Assembly (NCBI RefSeq): GCF_006345805.1
Contig: NC_043002.1
Location: 34,844,001-34,908,000 of the forward strand
Reading direction: 5' to 3'
DNA length: 64,000 nt
Origin: Octopus sinensis
Taxonomy: Eukaryota
The notes beneath the pieces are model-generated. The model ran no database searches, had not been told where the DNA came from, and was given only the letters and a program-made list of their open reading frames with translations. Every line of letters starts with the position of its first letter. The first letter of the stretch is position 1. A program made the position numbers and the translations under genes. Below, piece by piece: positions 1-11,800 of this stretch.

Positions 1-429
1 CAGCATCTGGTAGTCTGGTCAATATAATGACATTGTCTATGTTTATATGAGTGTGGATGCTGATATACCACATGCTTGTTATTACCTGCATAAAAAACTG
101 CTATGTTACATTCCATATAAAAAAATACATCCTGTTGCTTGTGTGCTTTCAAAAACCAATGAAATAAAAAATCCTTTACTTGAAAACAGAAGGGTTGGCA
201 ATAGGAAGAATATCTAGCTGTATGGTTATAAAACATGTTTCTGTCTAACCCATGCCAGCATAGAAAAAAAGACAAAGCAAATGATATATAGTAATAACAA
301 TAATAATCCTTAGCAGTAGCTGGCGTGATAATACAGGAGCTTTTATATGCATACTAGCAGAATTGCCCGGCGTTGCTCGGGGCTGAATTGCTTGAAAGTA
401 CTGTTAATGATTGCACTGAATTATGATGA

Positions 430-902
430 TTATTCAGGCAAATATTGATATAAGCTTACGGTGGGAGATAAGGACTTAACGATCAAACGTGTGCCATTGC
501 ATTGTTTTGGGGGAACCAAATTTCTGATGAGCATTATAGGGGCACCAACTTTAAGTTTGAGAAAGTGTGGTGGTAGTCCGGGGTGCTCAAAGGAATTGAG
601 TACCTCTATTGGATAGTTGATGACGTCCTCTGGGTCAGGAGTTGTATCGATAGACTGATATACATAGACTTCCCCAGGAATGAGTTTTAGCATTTCATCA
701 TTAATATGGTGAACAGTTTTATTCCTCGGGGCCAGTATAGCCTTTTTGCCAATCCAATCCATATTCTGATAATTAGCTTGTAGATCTGGGAACACTGCAT
801 CTCTGAGATCAGAAGGCGTCTTAACAATGGTACAAATGGAATCGATGGCAATATTACCATTTTCATCCCCTGGTATTTTGCCTTCGCCATATGAGCACGC
901 AT
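430..902 (-). pseudogene. Helitron RepHel PIF1-like helicase fragment
   Basis: ORF 430-795 reads AILAPRNKTVHHIN...PPHFLKLKVGAPIMLIRNL...CNGTRLIV, typical of the C-terminal part of Helitron/PIF1 helicases. The upstream part is in another frame and both ends are truncated. Confidence 0.9.
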
Positions 903-1151
903 ATTGGTGTGAAGTTTGAGAGTTACTTCCCTTTATTTAAAAAAATATGCATTAAAATGGAAAAAAATGATGGTAAATTATTTGTAAAATCATAGACTCA
1001 TCGTAGACGCGCGCTAATACCCAGAAGGGCTTGATATGAATCACGACTATAAGATACCCGGTTTTGGTTAAACTGCATCGCAAAATGTGGGAGTAGTTAG
1101 GAATCTAAATCGGAGTAGACAGACACACAACCTTTCTTTTATATATAAATA

Positions 1152-1828
1152 TTTTCGTCCTAAAAAACTTTGTATGGATTGAATGGTTACCTCTATGGAA
1201 ATATATACACGCACATTATACATACATGTGTGTATAGATGAATATATAAATACATTTAAATATCTATATACACTTTTGGGCGATCTTTCTGTCTCTTAGA
1301 GATAACTTTAGATCTAATTTTCGTCCTAAAAAACTTTGTATGGAGTGAATGGTTACCTCTATGGAAATATATACACACACGTTATACATACATGTGTGCA
1401 TAGATGAATATATAAATACATTTATATATCTATATACACTTTTGGGCGATCTTTGTGCTACTTAGAGATAACTTTAGATCTTATTTTCGTCCTAAAAAAC
1501 TTTGTGCGGAGTGAATGGTTACGTGTATGGAAATATATACACACACATTATACATACATCTGTGTATAGATGAATATATAAATACATTTAAATATCTATA
1601 TACACTTTTGGGCGATCTTTCTGCTACTTGTATATACTTTAGATCTTATATTCGTCCTAAAAAACTTTGTATGGAGTGAAAGGTTACCTCTATGGAAATA
1701 TATACACACACATTATACATACATCTGTGTATAGATGAATATATAAATACATTTAAATATCTATATACACTTTTGGGCGATTTTTCTGCTACTTGGATAT
1801 AGGTCTTATATTCGTCCTAAAAAACTTT
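1152..1828. repeat. Minisatellite, ~166-bp unit, about 4 copies plus a partial
   Basis: TCGTCCTAAAAAAC recurs at 1155, 1321, 1487, 1652 and 1812 (periods 166, 166, 165, 160). Confidence 0.95.
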
Positions 1829-1834
1829 CCTGTC

Positions 1835-1940
1835 ACGCACTCACGCACACACACACACACACACATGCACCCTCACACACACACACACTCACACACACAC
1901 ACACACACACACACTCTCACACACACGCACACACACACAC
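1835..1940. repeat. Interrupted (CA)n microsatellite
   Basis: Direct inspection. Confidence 0.95.
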
Positions 1941-2452
1941 GTTAGCTTACAATTTTATTTATATATTTGCGTGTCTATGTGTGTAAAGAGGAAGTGGCAG
2001 AGTGAAAGAGTCACTCACTACAAAAAGTGAATTACTTTCACTTTATTCGTTGCACACTGTGTGTGCGTGTGCGTGTGGTGTAGGCCACACTAAGAGAAGC
2101 ATTTGACTTAGACACCACAATGTGAGTTTTCTCTAAATTTTGCTTAATTGGGGTTGAAATTTTAAAAACTGGACCTGGCACGACCCGATGCATTCTACTC
2201 TTAAAAATGCTAGGTAAATTGTAATTGAAGAAATCCTATATTGTAGATTTCTATAAGATACAAAGGGAGGCAGATAAAATCTGCCTTTTATAATAAGAGA
2301 TTCAAAATGTTTCCCATAAACGAACTTAAAGGATATATATATATATATATAACCAGTTACTGGTTCTTAATTTATAGAATCTTCTTCTAATGACTTAGTT
2401 ATAATAATAGGGTTCAGTATATCTTAAATACATTTTTCACTTGTTTCAACAG

Positions 2453-2819
2453 CATCCAGATAACAGACCACCTAACCAGGTACCTCCTCCACCTCCTCAT
2501 ATGGTTCTCCAGCAGCCATTACCTCCTGGCACTGGAGACAACATAGATCAGCAGCAGCAACGGCAACACATGCAGCAGCCACCTCCACCACATATGCCAA
2601 CCTCACTTCATCTTCAACAGCCACACCTTCATCAACAACAGTCACAGCCACACCTTCAACAACAGCCACCACCTCAGCATTACCAGCCAGATCAACAGTC
2701 ACCACAACAGTCTTCTCAACAACAGCAGCAGCAACAACAGCAGTTGTCACCTGGCCACCAGTACCACAATACTGATTATCCTTCAAATATGCCAAGGTTT
2801 CAAATGGCCAAGAATAAAC
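2453..2819 (+). CDS. LENG8: LENG8 exon, Q/P/H-rich low complexity
   Basis: Acceptor TTTCAACAG at 2452, donor GTTAGT at 2820; joins in phase to the next exon ([16 protein letters not shown]). Confidence 0.8.
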
Positions 2820-5800
2820 GTTAGTTGTAACATTTCTTGTTTTTATAAAATGGTATTTGTTTGAATAAATGGCAGAATTTAGAGAGGTTTGTGTTGTGGG
2901 CAAGGGTAAAGTAACAACATTGTCAAAGTATCAGTTGCTATGTGGCAGTGGAGACCTCCAGCATTCTTGGCCCCTGGACCATATCCCTGTTCACTGCTTT
3001 TGGGGTGGAGATGGTTATCCACAAGTGTGAGCCCTGGAAGTCTGGGTGTTCAAGCACATCCTCCAAGGCCACACTTTTTCCATTTAGTCTGCTGGGACCA
3101 TGGGGTGGTCTGAATTACAGGGAATTAAGAGAATGTAAGAATTTCATAGCTTAGTCAAGCCAAGTGAAATTGTAGTTGTGGCCAATGCCAGTGTCACATA
3201 ACTGGCATCTGTGCTAGTGGCACATAAAAAGCACCCATTACACTCTTGGAGTGGTTGGTTTAGGAAGGGCATCCAGTCATAGAAACTATGCCAAATCAGA
3301 TTGGAACTTGGTGCAGCCTTCCAGTTTACTAGTTTCAGTCAAACCATCTAACCCATGCCAGCATGAAAAGCAGATGCTAAATGATGAAGACTACATGAAT
3401 GATAAAATTAAGAAAATACACTCCAATTTAAAGAAGGTGAGTGTATAAAACAACACCACCAGCAACTACCTCTGTTGGTGTAAAGTAAGAAGAAATAGCA
3501 AATGCTTCAGGGATCTATAAAGGGCCTTAACAAATTATTAACCATTTCTTAACTATCATTACATAGCAACTTTCTTTATTGCCTCATTTGTTTTTCCATT
3601 ATCCCATTCAGGTATTGTTAATGGGTTATTTTTGTAGTATTGCCAACAGTTTACACCTTTATCTAATATTAAATTAAAAAGAAACATGTCAATGTCTGCC
3701 TCAAGCCTTCATACCTGTATGATGGGGCTTAGTTAGTTTCTGTATTCAGGTTTTTATTATATAAAACCCAAGACCTCATAGTTGCAAAGCAAACTTTTTT
3801 AGTCCCTCAGCAATGCCTGAGTTCATGACTCTGTGCACCCACAGGCAAAACTCAGTGTAGCAAGAGACTGACTTGGCCACAATAAAAATATTATGTATAT
3901 CTCTATCCATGTATAATTTTATACATGCATAGTTTATAATAATATTCTTATTCAATATTTTGAAAGTTTGAAGGGATCAGACAGTGTTTCTCTGCAAGTT
4001 GGCAGTTGAGACTATCGAATCTTTTAATCTTATCAATAACTACACTTCCGCCATCATAGAGGGGATATATTGAGCAGTGTAGTGGCAAGGACCTGTTACA
4101 CAGTGTGGTAGTAAGGGCCTGTTACATTGTGATAGCGAGGCACTGTTATATAGTGTGGTTGTTTGAACATGTGCCGGATTATTTAGTCATTTCAGCATTG
4201 AGCCATGTGCCACCTCTGACCTTCACATCTGTGTTTATATATTGACCTAGCATATCTAGAAACTTAATTATCCAATGTGTTCTTTTTGTTTTAAGGTGGT
4301 GGGATGTGATTTGAAGGATATTTGGCTGTATTTCTAGCTGGTTGAATGAGTATGAAGAGGCTCCTTCATTGGCTTGGATGTGATGTGTAACTTGTTAATA
4401 AAGGTATGATGTGTCTGTGGAGAGTGGCGTGTAGTGTGGAAGTGAGGATCTGTGGTGGAGTCAGTGTGGAAGAGAGGGTTTGTGAAATGATGTACAGTTG
4501 TAGTGAGGGCTTGTTGTTGGGTGGTAGTTGTAGTGAGGTTGTCTCTGGTGTAATGTAGACATATTTAGTAAGGGTGTTGTGTTGTATTGTAAAAATGTGT
4601 CTGTGATGGTGTGCTTTTTAGTGAGGACATGATGTTACATGTGATTATAGCTATATAGTAAATGATATGATGAAAGCATTTCTCCTGATTACCCCTGTAA
4701 AGGTCATGTAGAGTTGTGACACAGATTGATGTTGTTCTGGACAGGTGGAAAGAGTTGTTTTATAGAATGACACTGGAGATGTGGGTGGATAAGAGGGTAC
4801 CAGTATTAAAATCAATTATTATAAATGTAATGTTTTCCTTTTCTGTTTTTTTCTTGTAGTAAGGAACGCAAATGCTCTGGGCATTCGTTTTCAGATCTCT
4901 AAACGTCACAATGTACAGAATACCAATGCCATTTCAAGTTACCGAACAAAAATGTTCCCTCAACAGCAGCAACAATCACAGCAGAAAATGTGTTCTCCTC
5001 ATCCTGGAAAGCAGCAACAGCAACTGTCTAATTATCAATCAAGTCCTGAGAATAATCAAACAGAAGATAATTCCTCCAATGCTGAGTAAGTAATAGATTG
5101 TATTGTGAAACAGTCATTGGAACTGTGTGTTTCTCACTGATTCATGTGCTTCAATAAGTTATACAGAAGGTTTTAGTAAAATTATGAGATACTGATATAG
5201 TATTATATATAAGAAAATAGGTTCCCTCACATAAAAGATTACTGTTGTCAATAATAAATGGTTTGAAGGCAGTGAGCTGGCAGGATTGTTACCCTGCCAG
5301 GAAAGATGGTTTGTGGCATTTCTTTGGACTTTACATTCTGAGTTTGACTGCCTCTGGGGTTGCCTTTGCCTTTCATACTTTTAGTGTTGGTAAATTAAGT
5401 ATCAGTTGGACATAGGTTGATGGAATCAACTTACCTCCTCCTCCAAAATTGCTGGTCCTGTGCCAAACTTTGAAACCAATAATAGGTGCTTTGGTTCTGG
5501 CTAGCAAGTTTTTTGAGTGAAGCCTGTATATGGTAGAATTGAAATACAAAATGATTATATCAATGTTTAATAATTTAGGCTTTATAGTAAAAGTATGTGA
5601 TGTGAAATATATTAAAGTAATTTATGCTATATTTTTTAATTAGGTAGTCACATGGGTGAATATTTCTGTTCCAAATATTTTGAAATACCTTCAAAGTGGG
5701 GTTTTGAAATGGAAGATTTTTTTTGTTTTGGGATTTATGCTTTATTATTATGCAGGTTGACCTTATTTGCCTAATTTTATCACATTGATTGATCTTATTT

Positions 5801-8800
5801 TTTTTATTATTTTAGACCAAAATCTCCAGGTATCGAGAAGGGAGAATGGCCTCCTTCTTTAAAGTAAGTGATTGTATTTCATATAATGTTTCTATTTATG
5901 AACTTAATACTGATTTTTAACTATATCTATAATAATAATTGCCAAAACGAATTTCTGTGTGTCAGTGTCACACTTTGATCCCCTCTCTCACTATTCAATG
6001 ACACTTCTATTATTCCTCTTGCTGGGGTGAGAGTAATATAGTAGGCATAGAGATGGTGACGACAGTAGTAGATTGACAGTTGTGATGGTAATGGGGTGAT
6101 AGTAATAGTATGAGCTGTAGTTGTGATAGAGGCAGAAGCAACGGTGATGATGATGGTAGTGGTAGCCAAGGTGGTCGGGGATGATGGTGATAGTGAGCAA
6201 TGTGAAAGACAGTGGTGATGGAGGGGAAGGAAGTGAAGTCAAAGGTATTGGTGGTGGCGCCAGAAGTTTGGTGTGTGGATGGCAGTTGTGGTGGTACTGG
6301 TGATAGTGATGGTTGGAAACAATCAAAAGAAAGAGAGAGAGAGAAAGAAAGAGGTTAAACAGAAAAAAAAAAGTGCTGACCCCCGAATGGGAAGACAAAA
6401 AATGTTTATCATGCAGCTTTGCAATAAGTTCCAAGTCAACGAATTATATCATTGTTTTGATGAAAATTGTTCAATGCTTGAAAAATATTGGTCAAGTTTA
6501 ATAAAATTTAATATGTACTCAATGCATGAAGTGTGATTGTTGGGCCAAGGCCCAATGAAGAGCCCTCCACAGGAGCTAGCTTAAAAACTACCCAATGGGT
6601 TGGTTTTTAAGCTAGTATATATGTGCATGTATGTGAGAGAGAGGTGGGGATTACCATATGAAGTGAGTAAAGATGAAATTTGTTAACTTCAAACGTTTCC
6701 TCTTCTTATTTCACATTTAACCCTTTCGTTACCAAACCGCCCAAAGCCGCCCGAAAAAAATTTTGGTTAATGTGACCAAAGCTGCCCGAATTTACCTATT
6801 CATATTTAAATGAGAATATCAGAGCAAATCTCTTTAGTACATTCGTGAAAACACGTATTATACTTCGTAAACAGTTCAACTACAGTTTTGTACAATAATC
6901 GAAGTGTAATTTTAATTCCGTGAATTTTGGGAGATTTTTTTCCGAAATTTGTTCCTATTGTGTTTTCAAAATTTGTAATTCTGACAAAAAAGGGATACGA
7001 ATTTCATTATATCAAGCAGCGAGTCAGAATTCGAAGGATTTTCTACTGAAGACCTTCATAAATCTAACTCTATGACTGAAAAAAAAAAGCACGTGGTATT
7101 TGATAATGAATCTGATGTTTCATTTTCCGAAAGTGAAAACAGTGAATCCGAGATCTCCGACAGCGATAAAGAAAATGAATTGGCACCTGAATGAAGTGAA
7201 AATTTAAAAACTGTTTCTTTCGGTGATTTTTCTGAAGAAACTGGACCAAGTCACAGACTTTCCCAGGAGAGTAAAGCCTTAGACTATTTTTTTTACTTTT
7301 TTGAATGAGCCTATTTGAAATCATTACGGCGGAAACGAACCGTTACGCTAAACGTAAACAAAACGAAAGAAACGATAGTTTGTGGTTTCCCACAACCTTA
7401 AATGAAATTAAGACTATTTTGCTATAAATATTATTATGGGTATCAGAAAGTTACCCAGAATAACAAATTCTATCGTAAAATTTTCTTGTATGCTCAATTG
7501 AATATTAGCTAATAACCCATTTTCTATAGCGATGTTTGAACAAAATTTTAATAATTTTATATTTTGTTGAATTTACCTGTATCTACCTGCAATTAGAGTC
7601 ACTTTGTGACAAAAATTATAGTATAGAATTGGTTGAGAACATTTCATTAAATTATCTTCCAAAAATCAGATTAATATATTGATAAATAAAAAAGTTATAG
7701 TTGTTTAATGAAACCAGACTAAATTTATGATTACGTTAGAAATTAATTGAAACACATAAGGGGTGTATTTTGGTCAGAAATATAGTAACGAAAGGGTTAA
7801 ACAATTTGTCAGATCAGTTTTTATTTATTAATTTAGGTTTTGATGTTTTATGAATATTTAAGGCAGCAAGCTGGCAGAATTGTTAGTACATCAGGCAAAA
7901 TGCTTAGTGGCATTTCTTCTGTCATTATATTCATCTTTTTGGGGTTGATAAAATAAGTACTAGTTAAGCACTGGGATCGATGCAGTTGCCCCCCCCCCAC
8001 CCGTCCCACCAAAATTGCTGACCTTGTGCCAAAACTTGAAACCAATATTTTATGAATATTCCATGAATCCAGTTGAAATGCATGCTAATCTCTACCTAAA
8101 TGGCAAGAATACCATTCTTCATGTCATTTGGATAGAGATTAGTACTCCAATACATTCACACCAATATATATTTTCTAAGTAGCTGGATCTTCAACACTTC
8201 AGTTTTGATAATTTATGCCTTTCTGTCTGAGCTTTGCATCCATATTTTATATATGATCAATTCCTGGAAACTTGCAAACCTCATGGATTTTATAAGGAAA
8301 TGGTTGGTGCTACCATACAGATATAGAAAGGAATATGTATATAAATGGAACTATTGCAGCAAGTGTATACCAGAGTTTCCATAACCTTCAGTTCTGATTT
8401 CCCATAGACTGCCACTTTACCTCTTTGTAGTTATGTAGCCTGCTAGAAATAGCTGCCAAATTTCTTTTGAATTACACTCACAATATGAAATATGGAAAGG
8501 ATACATTAGCTACCCATCAAAGTTGGGATGATAATGACTATAATACCTTTAGTCATAGCTCTGTTCAGTTAGGTTTCACCTGGGGCTCAACTACATGAAC
8601 AATAGCTACTCCATTCAGATTATGGGTATTTCTATTTTCCTTAGACCCCCCCCCCCAAAAAAAAACTGCTTTATTGTGTAACTATGGCAACTTTATTATC
8701 TTCCATTTGCAATGTTTTAGAGATTATGTGCAAAGAGCATTTGCCAGTGTTAATGAAGAAAACCAGAAAGATGAAATGGAAAGATGTCTAAAGATGAAGT

Positions 8801-11800
8801 TAAAGGGCATATTTGATGACCAAACTCCATGGAATATTGACTGGTATAAAGAACCCTTGCCTGAGTAAGTACTATTGTATGTTTTCACGCTTCAGAATGA
8901 AAATATTAAATGACAGTGAAGTTAAAAGGATACTTTGTCTTCTGTAGTATTTCCATAATATTAGATTCAAGAATTAGTTTTTATATCGTAGTTTACTCCT
9001 TTTGACTTTTGCGGTATATTTCATCTTGTATATCACTGATGTATTTTAACCTGAAGCAGTTTACTGCATTAGATTTCACCTTATACTAAAGATATCTATC
9101 TTTGATCTACTTTTACTTCAAAATCAATTTTATGGTAACTTTTACTTTTCAGCCCCAACTATTTAGTGGTATAAAGTACAAGCTCAATGTTGTCTTCGAA
9201 ATGTGACCTAATGTATTATATTGAGAGAAAAAGAAAAAAAAAAACTGGCTGCTTGAGTTCTTTATTAGATACGAAGAAAACAATCATTATTCAGGGAAAT
9301 GGTGACAGATGAGAAAATGTCCACCTAAATTGATGTATCAAGTGCATTAATTTTTTAAGTGTAAACAGGAAATTGTTTTTAGGAACAATTTTTATGATGA
9401 GATCATATTGAATAAAGCTAACACTGATATGTGGCTAGGTTTACATGAAATAAAAGTATTGTTTATAATTGTGTATATTGATTGATTTGAAGTAGCAGAC
9501 AAGCTAAGTGTTTTGAATATTTTCTTCAGTTTAATCTCCTAGAACACTACAAGTTTCAAAGAAAAGATTTTAAAATTCAGTAAAGTCCTTAATATATGAA
9601 AATTTGGCATTTTCTAAGACTTAATTAAAATACAAAACTCCATTTTTTTCTGTCTTTTTAGTATATCTTGTTTAGAGAAGCGCAAACGAAGTCGGTGGGA
9701 AAGAGATGATCCTGAACCATCAAACAATCGATCATCAGTGCGTTGTCCTTACAATGGGGACAGAGTTCCAACCTATAGGACATCTCGTTCACGTTCACGT
9801 AGTAAATCCAGAAGTCGTTCACGTTCCCCAGCTGCTGTAGTAGTTTCTGTCAGAGACAAATATTCACGATCTGTAGCACGAAAGCACAGAAGACACAGCA
9901 GGTATTTTGTTTGAATTGGTTCAGTCTTTTGTTTTCCATTTGTCTTTAGTTGAAACATTTCCAACAGATTTTTAAATGTTAGTGTAAGAATTTTACTACA
10001 TTTTTAAAGTAGTATTGTAATGTTAGGGCTATTTCATTGTTTTGATTATGGCATAAATAATTTTGATAAATGATTTAGGGTTTAAACTACAATGTGAAGC
10101 TTTTCATCATCATTATCGTTTAACATCCGCTTTCCATGCTAGCATGGGTTGGACGGTTCAACTGGGGTCTGGGAAGCCAGAAGGCTGCACCAGGCCCAGT
10201 CTGATCTGGCAGTGTTTCTACAGCTGGATGCCTTTCTATGTTTCTACAGCTGGATGCCTTTCCTAACGCCAACCACTCCGTGAGTGTAGTGGGTGCTTTT
10301 TACATGCCAGACGAGGCTGGCAACGGCCACGATCAGATGGTGCTTTTTACGTGCCACCAGCATGGAGGCCAGATGGGGCTGGCAACAGCCACGATCGGAT
10401 GGTGCTTTTTACGTGCCAAAGTGTTATGTTTTAATACAGAATTATTAACTTGGATTACATTATTCGAATGCAAGCCAGTAATGGAGTCAATGTGTAAGCA
10501 AATACAACGCAATATATACTCAAAAATGCATGCTGATTAATAAAAAAAGGCAGGACATAAAGATCCATGTGCAAAAAGTATCATGCCTCTTACGAAACAA
10601 ACCAGTATGCAAATTAGAAGGTCGTCAAAAGTTCACTTTAAAAGGACATGAGGTGAACGCACGAAATAAAGCAGAGTCACTAAACTTAGTTTGATACTTA
10701 GTCAGAACATAGAATTAAATTAGAGCAATATAACGAAATGATTAAAAGTTAACAGTTCTTTATAATTGTTATCATTACAGTCAGTTCATTTTGCACTTCC
10801 AAAATCATTGTATTTCAAAGAGTGACTGTTAAACTTCATTAACTCTTAAGCATTCAGATTGTTCTGTCAAATGTAATGCTTATTTCACATAGTTTTGAAT
10901 TAAAGAGTGACTGTTTAAACTTCATTAACTCTTAAGCATTCAGATTGTTCTGTCAAATGTAATGCTTATTTCACATAGTTTTGAATTAAAGTTTTATCAT
11001 CACACAGCTTCAAGACTTCAATGATGTGATTGTTCTTTTTTTTTATATGACATTGTTGGATAGACGTCAGTTTGGACATAAAACAGATGGAGTATTTGAA
11101 CTGAATGTGGCCAGTTTAAATGTTAAAGGGTTAAATATCTATTTCATGTGGATACAACAAACTCTCTAGTGTTGGTGCCCTGATGAAATGCACCCAGTAC
11201 ATTCTATAGGGTAGTTGGTAATAGGAAAGTAATTTAGCTGCAGAAATCATGCATAAATGAAAATGTGAGTGAGGCATGGTCCCACTGGGAGCAGTAATAT
11301 CAAAAACAAGAACTGATGCATATCCTGACAGCTTGTCCAACTAATGCCAGCTCTGTGGTTGAGAAGTTTACTTCCCGACCACATGGTCTCAGGTTTAGTC
11401 TCACTGTTATAGTACCTTTTGCAAGGAGAATAATATCTGACTATGGGAAAATATTACCTTGCTTAGGCGGTTGAGGTAGGCAACCATGAAGGGGGCCATC
11501 CAGCCCTAGAAAATCTACCTCAAATAAATTCTAAACTGACCCTCTTAAAATGGGAACTTGGCTTTGTAAAATGATGCTGATAATGGTGAGATTTATATGT
11601 GAATAGGAAACAATAATAATGTTTTTATTTTTCATCCAGTGACAGTTCTAGTGTCTCTGACGACAGTAGCTCATCAGAGAAGTATGTGAGCAAACATAGT
11701 TTTGGCAACAAAAACCGAGGTCGAGGACGTGGTCGTGGTGCTCGAGGTAGAGCTTCACGTGGACGTTTTAGAGAGGATTCTTATGGTGGCAAAAAAGGAA

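Larger units (their letters stand above)
354..2300 (-). mobile_element. Non-autonomous, probably composite Helitron with a PIF1-helicase fragment and internal minisatellite
   Basis: On the minus strand it starts A|TCTCTTATTATAAAAGG (2301|2300) and ends with hairpin 366-381 (CCCGGCGTTGCTCGGG) then CTAG|T (357-354|353), the Helitron A|TC...CTAG|T signature. A second 5'-end-like motif lies near 1149. Confidence 0.75.

Noticed and set aside
1152-1828. Regularly spaced repeats here and at 19700-20180 as a possible CRISPR array
   Set aside because: Whole units repeat with no unique spacers, there are no cas genes, and the context is eukaryotic.
2472-2903. 143-aa antisense ORF (V/A-rich); likewise the antisense ORFs at 32497-32858 and 45786-45998
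   Set aside because: Shadow ORFs of real exons with low-complexity codons.
4667-4745. Possible C/D-box snoRNA (ATGATGA...CTGA) in a LENG8 intron
   Set aside because: No terminal D box at a suitable distance and no terminal stem.
5927-6536. Overlapping ORFs of 62-147 aa, and equivalents at 55188-55800
   Set aside because: They lie in a dispersed repeat made of GGT/GAT triplets and resemble no protein family.
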